A stretch of 64,000 bases of DNA from Escherichia phage vB_EcoM_WFK, in the sequence record MK373775.1; one strand, given 5' to 3'. Positions within the stretch are counted from its first letter, which is position 1; the number at the start of each line of letters is the position of its first letter. Under the pieces are notes generated by a model. That model worked only from the letters and a program-made list of their open reading frames with translations, was not told where the DNA came from and did no database searches. Both the position numbers and the translations under genes were made by a program. Of the stretch, positions 30,937 through 41,089 are shown one piece after another.

Positions 30937-31269
30937 TCACTTATAAAGACACGGAATAGCTTTATAGTGGCATGTTACGAATTTCTGTTTAATTTCTTTA
31001 GGTTGTTTAAGTCCCAAAGCCACAAATGGATGTGGAACATTTCGAATTTGTCCAACTGGTAGTGGAGTCAAATCACCGACTTCAACAAAACCTTCAGGAA
31101 CATCAGGACCTACAGAATGAACTACACATAGTTCAGGAACTTCACCTTGAACACGTTTACCAATCACAAGTCCTGATTCGGTAACTTCTTCATCACCTGC
31201 TTGAGCGGGTTCAGAAACCAGAATGACATATTCACCAACAGCACGAATTGGGAGTTGTACTTCAGACAT
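30937..31269 (-). CDS. 31: co-chaperonin gp31 (GroES analogue)
   Basis: 110 aa; MotA-type promoter upstream; synteny. Confidence 0.88.
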   Translation of the reverse strand: MSEVQLPIRAVGEYVILVSEPAQAGDEEVTESGLVIGKRVQGEVPELCVVHSVGPDVPEGFVEVGDLTPLPVGQIRNVPHPFVALGLKQPKEIKQKFVTCHYKAIPCLYK

Positions 31270-31299
31270 CTTATTTCCTTGTTGTTTGACGATAGATTA

Positions 31300-31324
31300 A
31301 TAATACCATACTATTCGTAAAGCA
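31300..31324 (-). promoter_or_regulatory. MotA-dependent middle promoter candidate (gene 31)
   Basis: MotA box TGCTTTA 12 nt upstream of TATTAT. Confidence 0.45.
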
Positions 31325-31326
31325 TA

Positions 31327-31635
31327 TTACATAAGAAGCAAACGTTCTACCGGAGTACCATCAACCGAAATTACTTTATCAAGGCGGAAAGAACGCCACT
31401 GACCTAACTTGGTATCGAATGCTCGAACTGATTCACGAGGTTCAGAACGAACTTCTGATGCCGGATTGTTATTTTCATATTTGACTTCAAGTTCATCGCG
31501 AGAAGCAAACATAGTGCGTACCTCACCGTTAGCCTTTTCAAATACAACACAATGAACGCCTACAGACAGAATAGTTTTAATACGTTCACGAAGAACCATA
31601 GTTTCTTGTTCAGTTAAAATCATATTATTCACCAC
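31327..31635 (-). CDS. hypothetical protein (31.1 position)
   Basis: 102-aa ORF overlapping cd end. Confidence 0.5.
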   Translation of the reverse strand: MVNNMILTEQETMVLRERIKTILSVGVHCVVFEKANGEVRTMFASRDELEVKYENNNPASEVRSEPRESVRAFDTKLGQWRSFRLDKVISVDGTPVERLLLM

Positions 31636-32206
31636 AAAAGTTTCGGATTTGTTCCCAATTCAGAGAACGAAGATTATTACGAGAGTACTGAATTACTTCA
31701 ATACCGGCTTGTTTTAGAATGTCTGCCCAATTTTCAGGAGATCGGTCGTATAATTCTGCATATACAACCTTTTTAATACCTGACTGTGTAATAGCTTTAG
31801 TGCAATCAGGACACGGAGAAAGCGTCGTATATAACGTAGCACCTTCAATAGAATTACCTTTACGAGCTGCAAATAAAATTGCATTCAGTTCAGCATGGAT
31901 TTCATTATTAGCAGACCATGCACTATGAGCGGCCCGATGTTCTTTAGCCAAAACAAAATTATCCACCCGTCCAAATGCTGTAGTGCCTTCTTTATGCCCA
32001 GCAACGATGACCGGGCTTGGTTTATTCTTCAACCAACCGTTTTCGGATGCATGTTCGCAACAGTTTGTACCACCTGAAGGAGAGCCATTATAACCTGTAG
32101 AAATAATGCGTCCATCTTTTTCAATGACGGCGCCAACTTTCCATGAACAACATTTTGATTCTTGAGAAATCAGATATGCAATCTGAAGGTATGTGCTAGC
32201 TTTCAT
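31625..32206 (-). CDS. cd: dCMP deaminase
   Basis: 193 aa; zinc motifs HAE and PCPDC. Confidence 0.9.
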   Translation of the reverse strand: MKASTYLQIAYLISQESKCCSWKVGAVIEKDGRIISTGYNGSPSGGTNCCEHASENGWLKNKPSPVIVAGHKEGTTAFGRVDNFVLAKEHRAAHSAWSANNEIHAELNAILFAARKGNSIEGATLYTTLSPCPDCTKAITQSGIKKVVYAELYDRSPENWADILKQAGIEVIQYSRNNLRSLNWEQIRNFCGE

Positions 32207-33198
32207 TATTGAACCTTATTAATATAAGTTAACAGCTCTTTAGTTTGTTCCCAACTGATGCACGCATCGGTAACGGAAACGCCATAGGACATATTATCAG
32301 AAATTTTTTGATTTCCTTCATGTAGGAACGATTCTATCATAATTCCTTTGACCAAATCATTAGCTGCTAAATTTTTACCAATACCAATTTGATTGCTATA
32401 ATGCCCATCAGCGTTTGCATGGCTACAGTCAACCATTACATAATGATTCAGACCTACTGCCCTTGCTTTGTTAGAAGCTTCTTGAATATCAGAAGAATGA
32501 TAGTTCGGGCCGTTGGTCCCGCCACGCAATACGATATGCGTATTCTGATTACCTTCAGCTTCAACAATGCCTACAGTACCATCGACGTCCATACCCATAT
32601 ACCGATGAGGCCAGGCGGCACTATACATCGCGTCTATAGCTACTTTAATAGAACCATTGGTTGCGTTCTTGAAGCCTACGCACATCGGTAGACCTGAAGC
32701 AATTTCACGATGTGTCTGACTTTCAGTCGTACGGGCGCCAATAGCAACCCATGAGAAAATACCAGAAAGATACTTAATCGTGAATGGGTCTAATACTTCA
32801 GTTGCTAATGGAAGTCCCATACGTAGAAGTTTACGACACAATGTTCGTGCAACTATAAGACCGTGGTTCATATCAAAACTTCCGTCAAGATATGGATCAT
32901 TTACAAGACCTTTCCAACCTACGGTAGTTCGAGGCTTTTCAAAATAAACGCGCATCACTAACAGAACATTAGGAAGACGAGTTTGAAGTTCAGCCAGACG
33001 TTTGCCGTATTCAACAGCAGCAATAGGGTCATGAATTGAACAAGGACCTACAACGATAAGTTTGCGTGGGTCTTCACCATTCATAATCGAATTAACTTGT
33101 TCGCGATGAGAAGCCACTTGTGATGCGTAAGCTTCCGACAAAGGAATAATCTCAGCCAGTTCTTTTGGAGAAATAAGTTTTCCGACGACAGGTAACAT
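32206..33198 (-). CDS. 3-deoxy-D-arabino-heptulosonate-7-phosphate (DAHP) synthase, AroG/AroF/AroH class
   Basis: 330 aa; motifs GPCSIHD, KPRTTVGWKGL, GARTTESQ, DCSHAN, ESFLHEGNQ, TDACISWE align with E. coli AroG; AAGGA RBS. Confidence 0.9.
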   Translation of the reverse strand: MLPVVGKLISPKELAEIIPLSEAYASQVASHREQVNSIMNGEDPRKLIVVGPCSIHDPIAAVEYGKRLAELQTRLPNVLLVMRVYFEKPRTTVGWKGLVNDPYLDGSFDMNHGLIVARTLCRKLLRMGLPLATEVLDPFTIKYLSGIFSWVAIGARTTESQTHREIASGLPMCVGFKNATNGSIKVAIDAMYSAAWPHRYMGMDVDGTVGIVEAEGNQNTHIVLRGGTNGPNYHSSDIQEASNKARAVGLNHYVMVDCSHANADGHYSNQIGIGKNLAANDLVKGIMIESFLHEGNQKISDNMSYGVSVTDACISWEQTKELLTYINKVQ

Positions 33199-33206
33199 AA
33201 CAATCC

Positions 33207-33332
33207 TTAGGAGATATAAACAGATTCTGATTCAACAATACCTTTAACCGGATTAGACAGGCTAAGTTGGTAGTGCTCAGATTTATGACCATTCTCGATA
33301 GTAATGAGATAGCTCTCATTATAGTGTTCCAT
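33207..33332 (-). CDS. hypothetical small protein (start uncertain)
   Basis: ORF-track ORF overlaps upstream gene; internal ATG chosen. Confidence 0.3.
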   Translation of the reverse strand: MEHYNESYLITIENGHKSEHYQLSLSNPVKGIVESESVYIS

Positions 33333-33555
33333 ATACTCGAGTTGCTTCAACAAGACCATCACTGCATAATTTAAGATTAGTAATTTGGTCACCATCTTTA
33401 GGATTAACGATTATGAGAAAAGAACGTGGAGATTCTTGAATAACTCGTAATGTTGCATCTTGGAAACGTTCAGACACTTTATTGATGAGTGCTTGAGCAA
33501 ATTCTTTTACTTTAATCTGAAATTCGTGTACTGTAATTGGGTTTTCACTTAGCAT
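33319..33555 (-). CDS. hypothetical protein (78 aa)
   Basis: ATG start; early promoter upstream. Confidence 0.45.
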   Translation of the reverse strand: MLSENPITVHEFQIKVKEFAQALINKVSERFQDATLRVIQESPRSFLIIVNPKDGDQITNLKLCSDGLVEATRVYGTL

Positions 33556-33583
33556 TTCTATTTCCTCATTTGTTGGTAGAGTT

Positions 33584-33613
33584 ATAGTATCACAACTCCA
33601 CCATGTTGTAAAC
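33584..33613 (-). promoter_or_regulatory. T4-type early promoter
   Basis: GTTTAC, 17-nt spacer, ATACTAT. Confidence 0.5.
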
Positions 33614-33615
33614 CA

Positions 33616-33891
33616 TTAAATTGCTTTGCATTCAATTTTTTGTGTACCGAAATTGATATCACATTGGATAACTAAATCGCCGTCAAGATCAAATACCACG
33701 ATGACGTGTGCAGACCCAGGGAGAAGAGTAATAGCAATAGAATCTACTTGGTCTGGGAGCAAAGCATTGAGTACATGAGTTACTTGAGCATGAACTCTGA
33801 GTTCGGCTGCATTATCAAGCACTTCAAACATATTATTAGCAATAATCTGACTGAAGACTACCTTTACAATTTCAGAATAAGTTGGGAACAT
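33616..33891 (-). CDS. hypothetical protein (91 aa)
   Basis: ORF in cd-pseT hypervariable cluster. Confidence 0.45.
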   Translation of the reverse strand: MFPTYSEIVKVVFSQIIANNMFEVLDNAAELRVHAQVTHVLNALLPDQVDSIAITLLPGSAHVIVVFDLDGDLVIQCDINFGTQKIECKAI

Positions 33892-33898
33892 AATTACC

Positions 33899-34123
33899 TC
33901 AGTGCACAGTATTTACTTTAACTCGAACAACAAATCGCTCGGTTGGTTCACCTACAGGAACAAACTCTACATGATATTCACCTTTGTAACGAGTATTCAG
34001 ATCATTACGAATTCCTGCGAGTTTGTTGATTAATGTAGGACTCATATTAAGTCCCACTAGTTTACGAAGCATTTTGTATGCTTCATCTTCGATTTCATGA
34101 TGTTTATCGTACATAGTTTTCAT
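33899..34123 (-). CDS. hypothetical protein (74 aa)
   Basis: ORF in cd-pseT cluster. Confidence 0.45.
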   Translation of the reverse strand: MKTMYDKHHEIEDEAYKMLRKLVGLNMSPTLINKLAGIRNDLNTRYKGEYHVEFVPVGEPTERFVVRVKVNTVH

Positions 34124-34295
34124 TTAACCATTCAATTGCCTGGTCGACGTTATCAAATATACCGCCGTCCAAACGTTCTTCATGCTCATAGTCCAGCACA
34201 TCAATACCGAACTGTCCATTTACTAAAGGCCAGGCAACAAACAAATATTCTTTATGCTGTTCGATGGCCTCAATCACTTCATATAATCGTTTCAT
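34104..34295 (-). CDS. hypothetical protein (63 aa)
   Basis: ORF abutting pseT start. Confidence 0.4.
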   Translation of the reverse strand: MKRLYEVIEAIEQHKEYLFVAWPLVNGQFGIDVLDYEHEERLDGGIFDNVDQAIEWLNENYVR

Positions 34296-35382
<1,087 letters not shown>

Positions 35383-35383
<1 letters not shown>

Positions 35384-35682
35384 TATTTGATTCCTAAGAA
35401 AGCTTCAAGAATACGAATGTTGAGTTCGCGCCGGTCTTTATTAATTTCAGCAACGTTTTTATTAATTGACGTACTTCTAACGTTTGAAGAAATAAATTTA
35501 ATCATATGACTTTTGAGTTGTTGCAAATCCAACCCTTTTTCTTTAGCAGCTTTACGAAGAGCTTTACCTGCTTCATCTAGTGCCTTTGCTGCATCTTTGT
35601 CATAATCTACAAGTGTCATTCCACGGCAGATATCAATATACTCATCAGACCGTTTGATGTAATTCTCTAGTAATGTTTTCAT
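35383..35682 (-). CDS. hypothetical protein
   Basis: 99-aa ORF; early promoter upstream. Confidence 0.45.
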
Positions 35683-35710
35683 TTAGATTTCCTCAATTAT
35701 CCATAGGAGC

Positions 35711-35740
35711 ATTATACTCTGCTCCCGAGAGTTTGTAAAC
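35711..35740 (-). promoter_or_regulatory. T4-type early promoter
   Basis: GTTTAC, 18-nt spacer, TATAAT. Confidence 0.45.
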
Positions 35741-35964
35741 TATTTTACTAAAGATTCAATATACTCATGAAGAGCTTTAGTCGCTACTGCCCACTTATTC
35801 TGATATTCATTTTTCAGATTAGCACGAGACTGAACTAACAAGCGGTCATTAGTCGGAGGCAAAGATTCTAATCGTTGAATCTGGCGTCCATAAATCATAG
35901 CCGCCATTTCAGATTCATAGATAAGCCCTTTAATGTATTCATGCTGTTCTTTAGTCATTGGCAT
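35740..35964 (-). CDS. hypothetical protein
   Basis: 74-aa ORF. Confidence 0.45.
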   Translation of the reverse strand: MPMTKEQHEYIKGLIYESEMAAMIYGRQIQRLESLPPTNDRLLVQSRANLKNEYQNKWAVATKALHEYIESLVK

Positions 35965-36245
35965 TTTTCCTCTTTTAAACCACTACGATAATAACATAAC
36001 ATAGTCTTCTGGTCATGTATATATCTTTTTACGTCGTTTAACCAGATACGAAATTCTTGAGAGTCTTCAAATGGCATTCCAACCCACGGATTACCATCAA
36101 TAACCTTTACTTGCCATTTCTGGTTGTATTCGGAAATAGGCGTAGGCCATGAAGGATGTAAAGTTTCTTTAGGGCTTACTGGCACATCCTGAGTACATCC
36201 AACTAGGAGACCAATAGATAATACAGCCACAGTTAATTTAATCAT
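35955..36245 (-). CDS. outer-membrane spanin lipoprotein (o-spanin, pseT.2-like)
   Basis: Signal peptide with lipobox LVGC; overlaps i-spanin gene by 4 nt. Confidence 0.6.
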   Translation of the reverse strand: MIKLTVAVLSIGLLVGCTQDVPVSPKETLHPSWPTPISEYNQKWQVKVIDGNPWVGMPFEDSQEFRIWLNDVKRYIHDQKTMLCYYRSGLKEEKCQ

Positions 36246-36598
36246 TCTGAGAGCTTCCTGAGGTCTTCTGCAAAGGAATCGAAGGACCTGTTGATTTGTT
36301 TTTCGACCAATCCTGGCTTACTTGCCACCACGTTCTTCTTCTTCGAATCCTTACGGAGCTTTTCATTTTCAGCCTTAAGTTGGTCAACTAAAACACGGTT
36401 CTTATAAGTCATTTCTTCGATTGACTGATATTGAATCTTGAAGTCGTCTAATACTTTAGCATTGTTTTTAGCAGTCTCTTTAACAGAAGCCAATTCAGTA
36501 TTCAGCGAATCGACTTTATGGTTCAGAAATGCTATTGTTACAGTAGCAACAACTGCAAAAGCTGCCACTACAATATATGATGCATTTACTTTAAGCAT
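36242..36598 (-). CDS. inner-membrane spanin (i-spanin, pseT.3-like)
   Basis: N-terminal transmembrane helix then coiled-coil; paired with lipoprotein gene. Confidence 0.6.
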   Translation of the reverse strand: MLKVNASYIVVAAFAVVATVTIAFLNHKVDSLNTELASVKETAKNNAKVLDDFKIQYQSIEEMTYKNRVLVDQLKAENEKLRKDSKKKNVVASKPGLVEKQINRSFDSFAEDLRKLSE

Positions 36599-37086
36599 GT
36601 TTGAATAATCTCAATGATTTCGTCTCGGGATAATCCATTGATAAGAACTGTTTTAGGCCCGTCAGTTTGGATTTTGTATGATTCAAACAATACACACAAC
36701 TCTTCTGCTGTATGATATGGGCTTGAGATTCCGAGACGGTTGAATTTGTCGGTAAGAGGGTCGCAAATAATATAGAATTTGATACCTGCGATATGTACGT
36801 TTGGTTGACTAATATTAATGAACACATTAGCGTCATATTTAGTCAAATTGTTTTGAAGAAATTCTACCATAGAATTAACTGCTTCTGGCATCGCTTCGCG
36901 TTTCTCTTCAGCGTATCGGGTTGAATACTCTTTTTGTTTTACTTTCTTTTTAAGATTTTTGGCCAGTGTAACACGTAGGTCAGTAAGATAACCAACTGGA
37001 CGTCCTTTCTTAAAGACCCGGATTCCGTCAGTTGTGTCTCCAAAAGCGTTTACGACCATATCGTTAGTAATCAATTGCATATTCAT
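36586..37086 (-). CDS. alc: Alc-like protein (host transcription shutoff), by position
   Basis: Start at internal ATG with GAGGA RBS; early promoter lies between first and internal ATG; about 166 aa. Confidence 0.45.
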   Translation of the reverse strand: MNMQLITNDMVVNAFGDTTDGIRVFKKGRPVGYLTDLRVTLAKNLKKKVKQKEYSTRYAEEKREAMPEAVNSMVEFLQNNLTKYDANVFINISQPNVHIAGIKFYIICDPLTDKFNRLGISSPYHTAEELCVLFESYKIQTDGPKTVLINGLSRDEIIEIIQTCLK

Positions 37087-37115
37087 AATTTTCTCCTCGT
37101 GTTGTTGATAAACCC

Positions 37116-37145
37116 ATAGTATCACCATCCTTGGTGTTTGTAAAC
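37116..37145 (-). promoter_or_regulatory. T4-type early promoter (alc)
   Basis: GTTTAC, 17-nt spacer, ATACTAT; lies downstream of first ORF ATG. Confidence 0.5.
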
Positions 37146-37147
37146 CG

Positions 37148-38281
<1,134 letters not shown>

Positions 38282-38298
38282 TCAGTTAGTTTTTTTAA

Positions 38299-38328
38299 AT
38301 TGTACCACAATCCTTGTGGTATGTAAAC
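38299..38328 (-). promoter_or_regulatory. T4-type early promoter (rnlA)
   Basis: GTTTAC, 18-nt spacer, TACAAT. Confidence 0.45.
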
Positions 38329-38738
38329 TACTTTTTCTTATGTTGGATATTCCAAGGCGGGTTGAACTTTTTGATAAAAAGTGGTTCTTCAAGGTCCATT
38401 GTTGCGATGGTCATTGAACCAAGTTCGTTGGTGACTGAAAGGTCAAAACATTGGCGGGCCCAGAATTCAACCTTTTTGCCTTGCATTAAGGCATCCAAAA
38501 TCATAAGTGATTTTCTTGAATCTGAAGTCTGGTCTTTTCGATTTATGGCTGTTCGATAATAGTTAATGCGTTTCTTTAAATTCTTGGTTTTACCAATATA
38601 CACGAGTTCGTCATCTATAGCAATAGCATATATGACATTTTTCTTATTAGGGACATCAACTGTTTTAATTGTTGCATCTTCTAATAGCTCCAATTCTGTA
38701 TATTTAATAAAGGAATATTCGGCGGCGATATCTTTCAT
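38328..38738 (-). CDS. denA: endonuclease II (GIY-YIG-like)
   Basis: 136 aa, same as T4 DenA; VYIGKT..KRINYY motif. Confidence 0.8.
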   Translation of the reverse strand: MKDIAAEYSFIKYTELELLEDATIKTVDVPNKKNVIYAIAIDDELVYIGKTKNLKKRINYYRTAINRKDQTSDSRKSLMILDALMQGKKVEFWARQCFDLSVTNELGSMTIATMDLEEPLFIKKFNPPWNIQHKKK

Positions 38739-38746
38739 AATAAAGT

Positions 38747-38760
38747 GGGACCGAAGTCCC
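38747..38760 (-). terminator. stem-loop between nrdB and denA
   Basis: GGGAC-cgaa-GTCCC. Confidence 0.45.
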
Positions 38761-38764
38761 GTCC

Positions 38765-39285
38765 TTAGAAATATTTTTTGTATGAATTGATTACATTTTG
38801 GTCTACATCATTATCAATTTGTGCGACAAGATAAGAACTGATTTCAACTTCCTGAGGAGCTGCTTGAACTAAATCAGAGTTCAGATATTCACGAATCCAA
38901 GGATACGGATGCTTGGTCGGAGCATCCGTAATTGGACATGGCAAACCACACTGTTTCATACGAGACACAGTCAAGTAATCAACAAAAGCACACATACTCT
39001 GCGTATTGATACCTGGACATGTACCATCTTTAAAGAGGTGTGCAGCCCATTCCTTCTCTTGACTATTTACTTCCATAAAAATGTCAACTGCTTCTTGTTC
39101 ACATTCTTTAGCAATTTGAACCCACTCATCACCGTCAGTACCAGATTGAAGTTGACGGATAATGTACTGAGTACCCTTGAGATGGAGTTGTTCGTCACGA
39201 GCAATGAACTTCATAATCTTTGCATTGCCTTCCATAATTTCCATATTCTTGTGGAAGTTAAAGGTACCGTTATGTTCGATTGAGC
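38765..39285 (-). CDS. nrdB: ribonucleotide reductase small subunit NrdB, exon 2 (5' boundary approximate)
   Basis: Frame continues upstream of first Met to ..SIEHNGTFNFHKNMEIMEGNAK; RDEQLH iron-ligand motif. Confidence 0.75.
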
Positions 39286-39403
39286 TCGCTAATTCTCAAC
39301 CCGTTCTCTTATGAACTGCTACATATTACTATGCAGACCAGACTATATCACAATCCCAGAGGGATTCTCCCCATTTCGAGTCGCTTGACCCTACGTCCGA
39401 AGA

Positions 39404-40213
39404 CTAGTCGTTGAACCTTGCTTTGCAATTGTCGCCGTGCCATCGTTTATATGTTGATGGTGATAAATCTTTCTTATCACAATATGGACAATTCAATTGA
39501 ATTCTATTTGGATTTAATTTACATCTGTCATTATGTTTTAGATAAAATCCAGGACCTTTACCAATGTGACCACAAAAATCACACGTGATTTCTTTTTGTG
39601 CAGGATGGGTCCCGTTCTTAACCATTTCTAATGTTTTTGCTGATGTTCTTTTCTTATGGTCTTCTGATAAGAAATGATGTGAACCGTCATTTACCCGTTT
39701 TGATTGAGTTTCTGACTGCATTTTACCACCGCAAAATACATGAGTACCTTCTTTTATAGCTGCAATATTGCGTTCTTTAACTTTTGCAATATGCTCAGCT
39801 TGTTGAAAATTATGTATACCTAATGCAACTCTATTTAAATTAGATTTACGCTGTATTTCACCGTCTAAAAGATGAAATGTACCATTTTCTATCTTAGATT
39901 TAATAGAGGCAATATTTTTAGCTCGTACTTCAGGGATATTAAAAATCTGGATTTCTCTAGATTTTGCGGCTTTAGAAGCTAATTCAGAAATTTCTTCAGG
40001 AGAATATTTCATTCTAAGCTTTATAGCATGACAAGCCTGGTAATCTTTTTGAGCTAAATGTATATCATAATGTTCCTGTATAGAAAGGCACATCAAATTA
40101 TCTAAATCATTATTTTCACGGTTACCGTCTTTATGATGGATTTCATATGTTCTTCCATCAGAATCTTTAGGTATAGGTCCGTTAGCATCTATCCAAATTT
40201 TTCTATAGTTCAA
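39404..40213 (-). CDS. intron-encoded HNH homing endonuclease (I-TevIII-like, full length)
   Basis: 269 aa; HNH motif EIHHKDGNRENN..N; C-terminal Cys-rich zinc motifs; apparent TTG start; late promoter upstream. Confidence 0.85.
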   Translation of the reverse strand: MNYRKIWIDANGPIPKDSDGRTYEIHHKDGNRENNDLDNLMCLSIQEHYDIHLAQKDYQACHAIKLRMKYSPEEISELASKAAKSREIQIFNIPEVRAKNIASIKSKIENGTFHLLDGEIQRKSNLNRVALGIHNFQQAEHIAKVKERNIAAIKEGTHVFCGGKMQSETQSKRVNDGSHHFLSEDHKKRTSAKTLEMVKNGTHPAQKEITCDFCGHIGKGPGFYLKHNDRCKLNPNRIQLNCPYCDKKDLSPSTYKRWHGDNCKARFND

Positions 40214-40240
40214 TTGTGCATCCTCTTAAAAGTATAATCA

Positions 40241-40248
40241 TATTTATA
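40241..40248 (-). promoter_or_regulatory. late promoter TATAAATA inside nrdB intron (endonuclease ORF)
   Basis: Reverse-complement TATAAATA ~28 nt upstream of ORF start. Confidence 0.5.
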
Positions 40249-40358
40249 TTATACTAATTAAAGGTGCAAGCAAAACCTTGGCTGCTAGTTTTCCTATAAA
40301 GGACTTTCCAGCAATTAAAGGAGTTTTCGATAAACGTTACCGTTTAAAGGCGCATTTT

Positions 40359-41034
40359 ACGCAAAAGATACATAAAAACGAATAGCTTCTAAGGCATTAA
40401 TAACGTGCAAACAGAGGTAAAGAGATTTCATTAGCTCACGCTTCCAATATGTCTCATGCTCAATAGCATCTTCAATAACGTCTTCGTCTGCATTAATTTC
40501 TTTTTGGTATTCGATATCGGCTTTAGCGTTTTCCCAATAACGAGTTTTAACCAGAACATCATCGTAATATTTACCTATTGATTCAGCTCGTTTCATGATT
40601 GCTTCGTCTAATACAATCTCATCAAATACCTTAGATGGGTCTGTATAAAGATTTCGCATAATATGAGTGTACGAACGAGAGTGAATAGTTTCACTGAATG
40701 TCCATGTTGCAACCCATGTATCTAATGAAGGGTCGGAAATCAGTGCCATAAGTACCGCAGATGGGGCCCTGCCTTGGATAGAATCTAATAATGATTGATA
40801 CTTAAGATTGTTTGTAAAGATGTCCTGTTGGAACTGAGGAAGCTTATTGAACTGCGCAGAGTCCAACATCAAGTTTACCTCTTCTGGGCGCCAGAAAAAT
40901 GACAATTGCTTTTCAATAAGTTCTTCAAAAACTTTATGTCGCTGAATATCATAACGTGCGAGGCCAAGACCAGAACCAAAGAACATTGGTTCATTCAAAA
41001 CATCGACTTGTTGTGTGTTAAAAACTGTACTCAT
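40359..41034 (-). CDS. nrdB: ribonucleotide reductase small subunit NrdB, exon 1
   Basis: ETIHSRSY and NALEAIRFYVSFA motifs of class Ia R2; stop immediately after exon end. Confidence 0.8.
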
Positions 41035-41089
41035 TATATTTTCTCACTTAGTTATTAACTCATCCATGAGTAAATTATAATCAAAAGTC

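Larger units (their letters stand above)
39286..40358 (-). mobile_element. group I self-splicing intron in nrdB carrying homing endonuclease ORF (boundaries +/- 5 nt)
   Basis: nrdB frame broken by in-frame stop after ..YVSFA and resumes ~1.07 kb downstream; HNH ORF inside. Confidence 0.7.
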
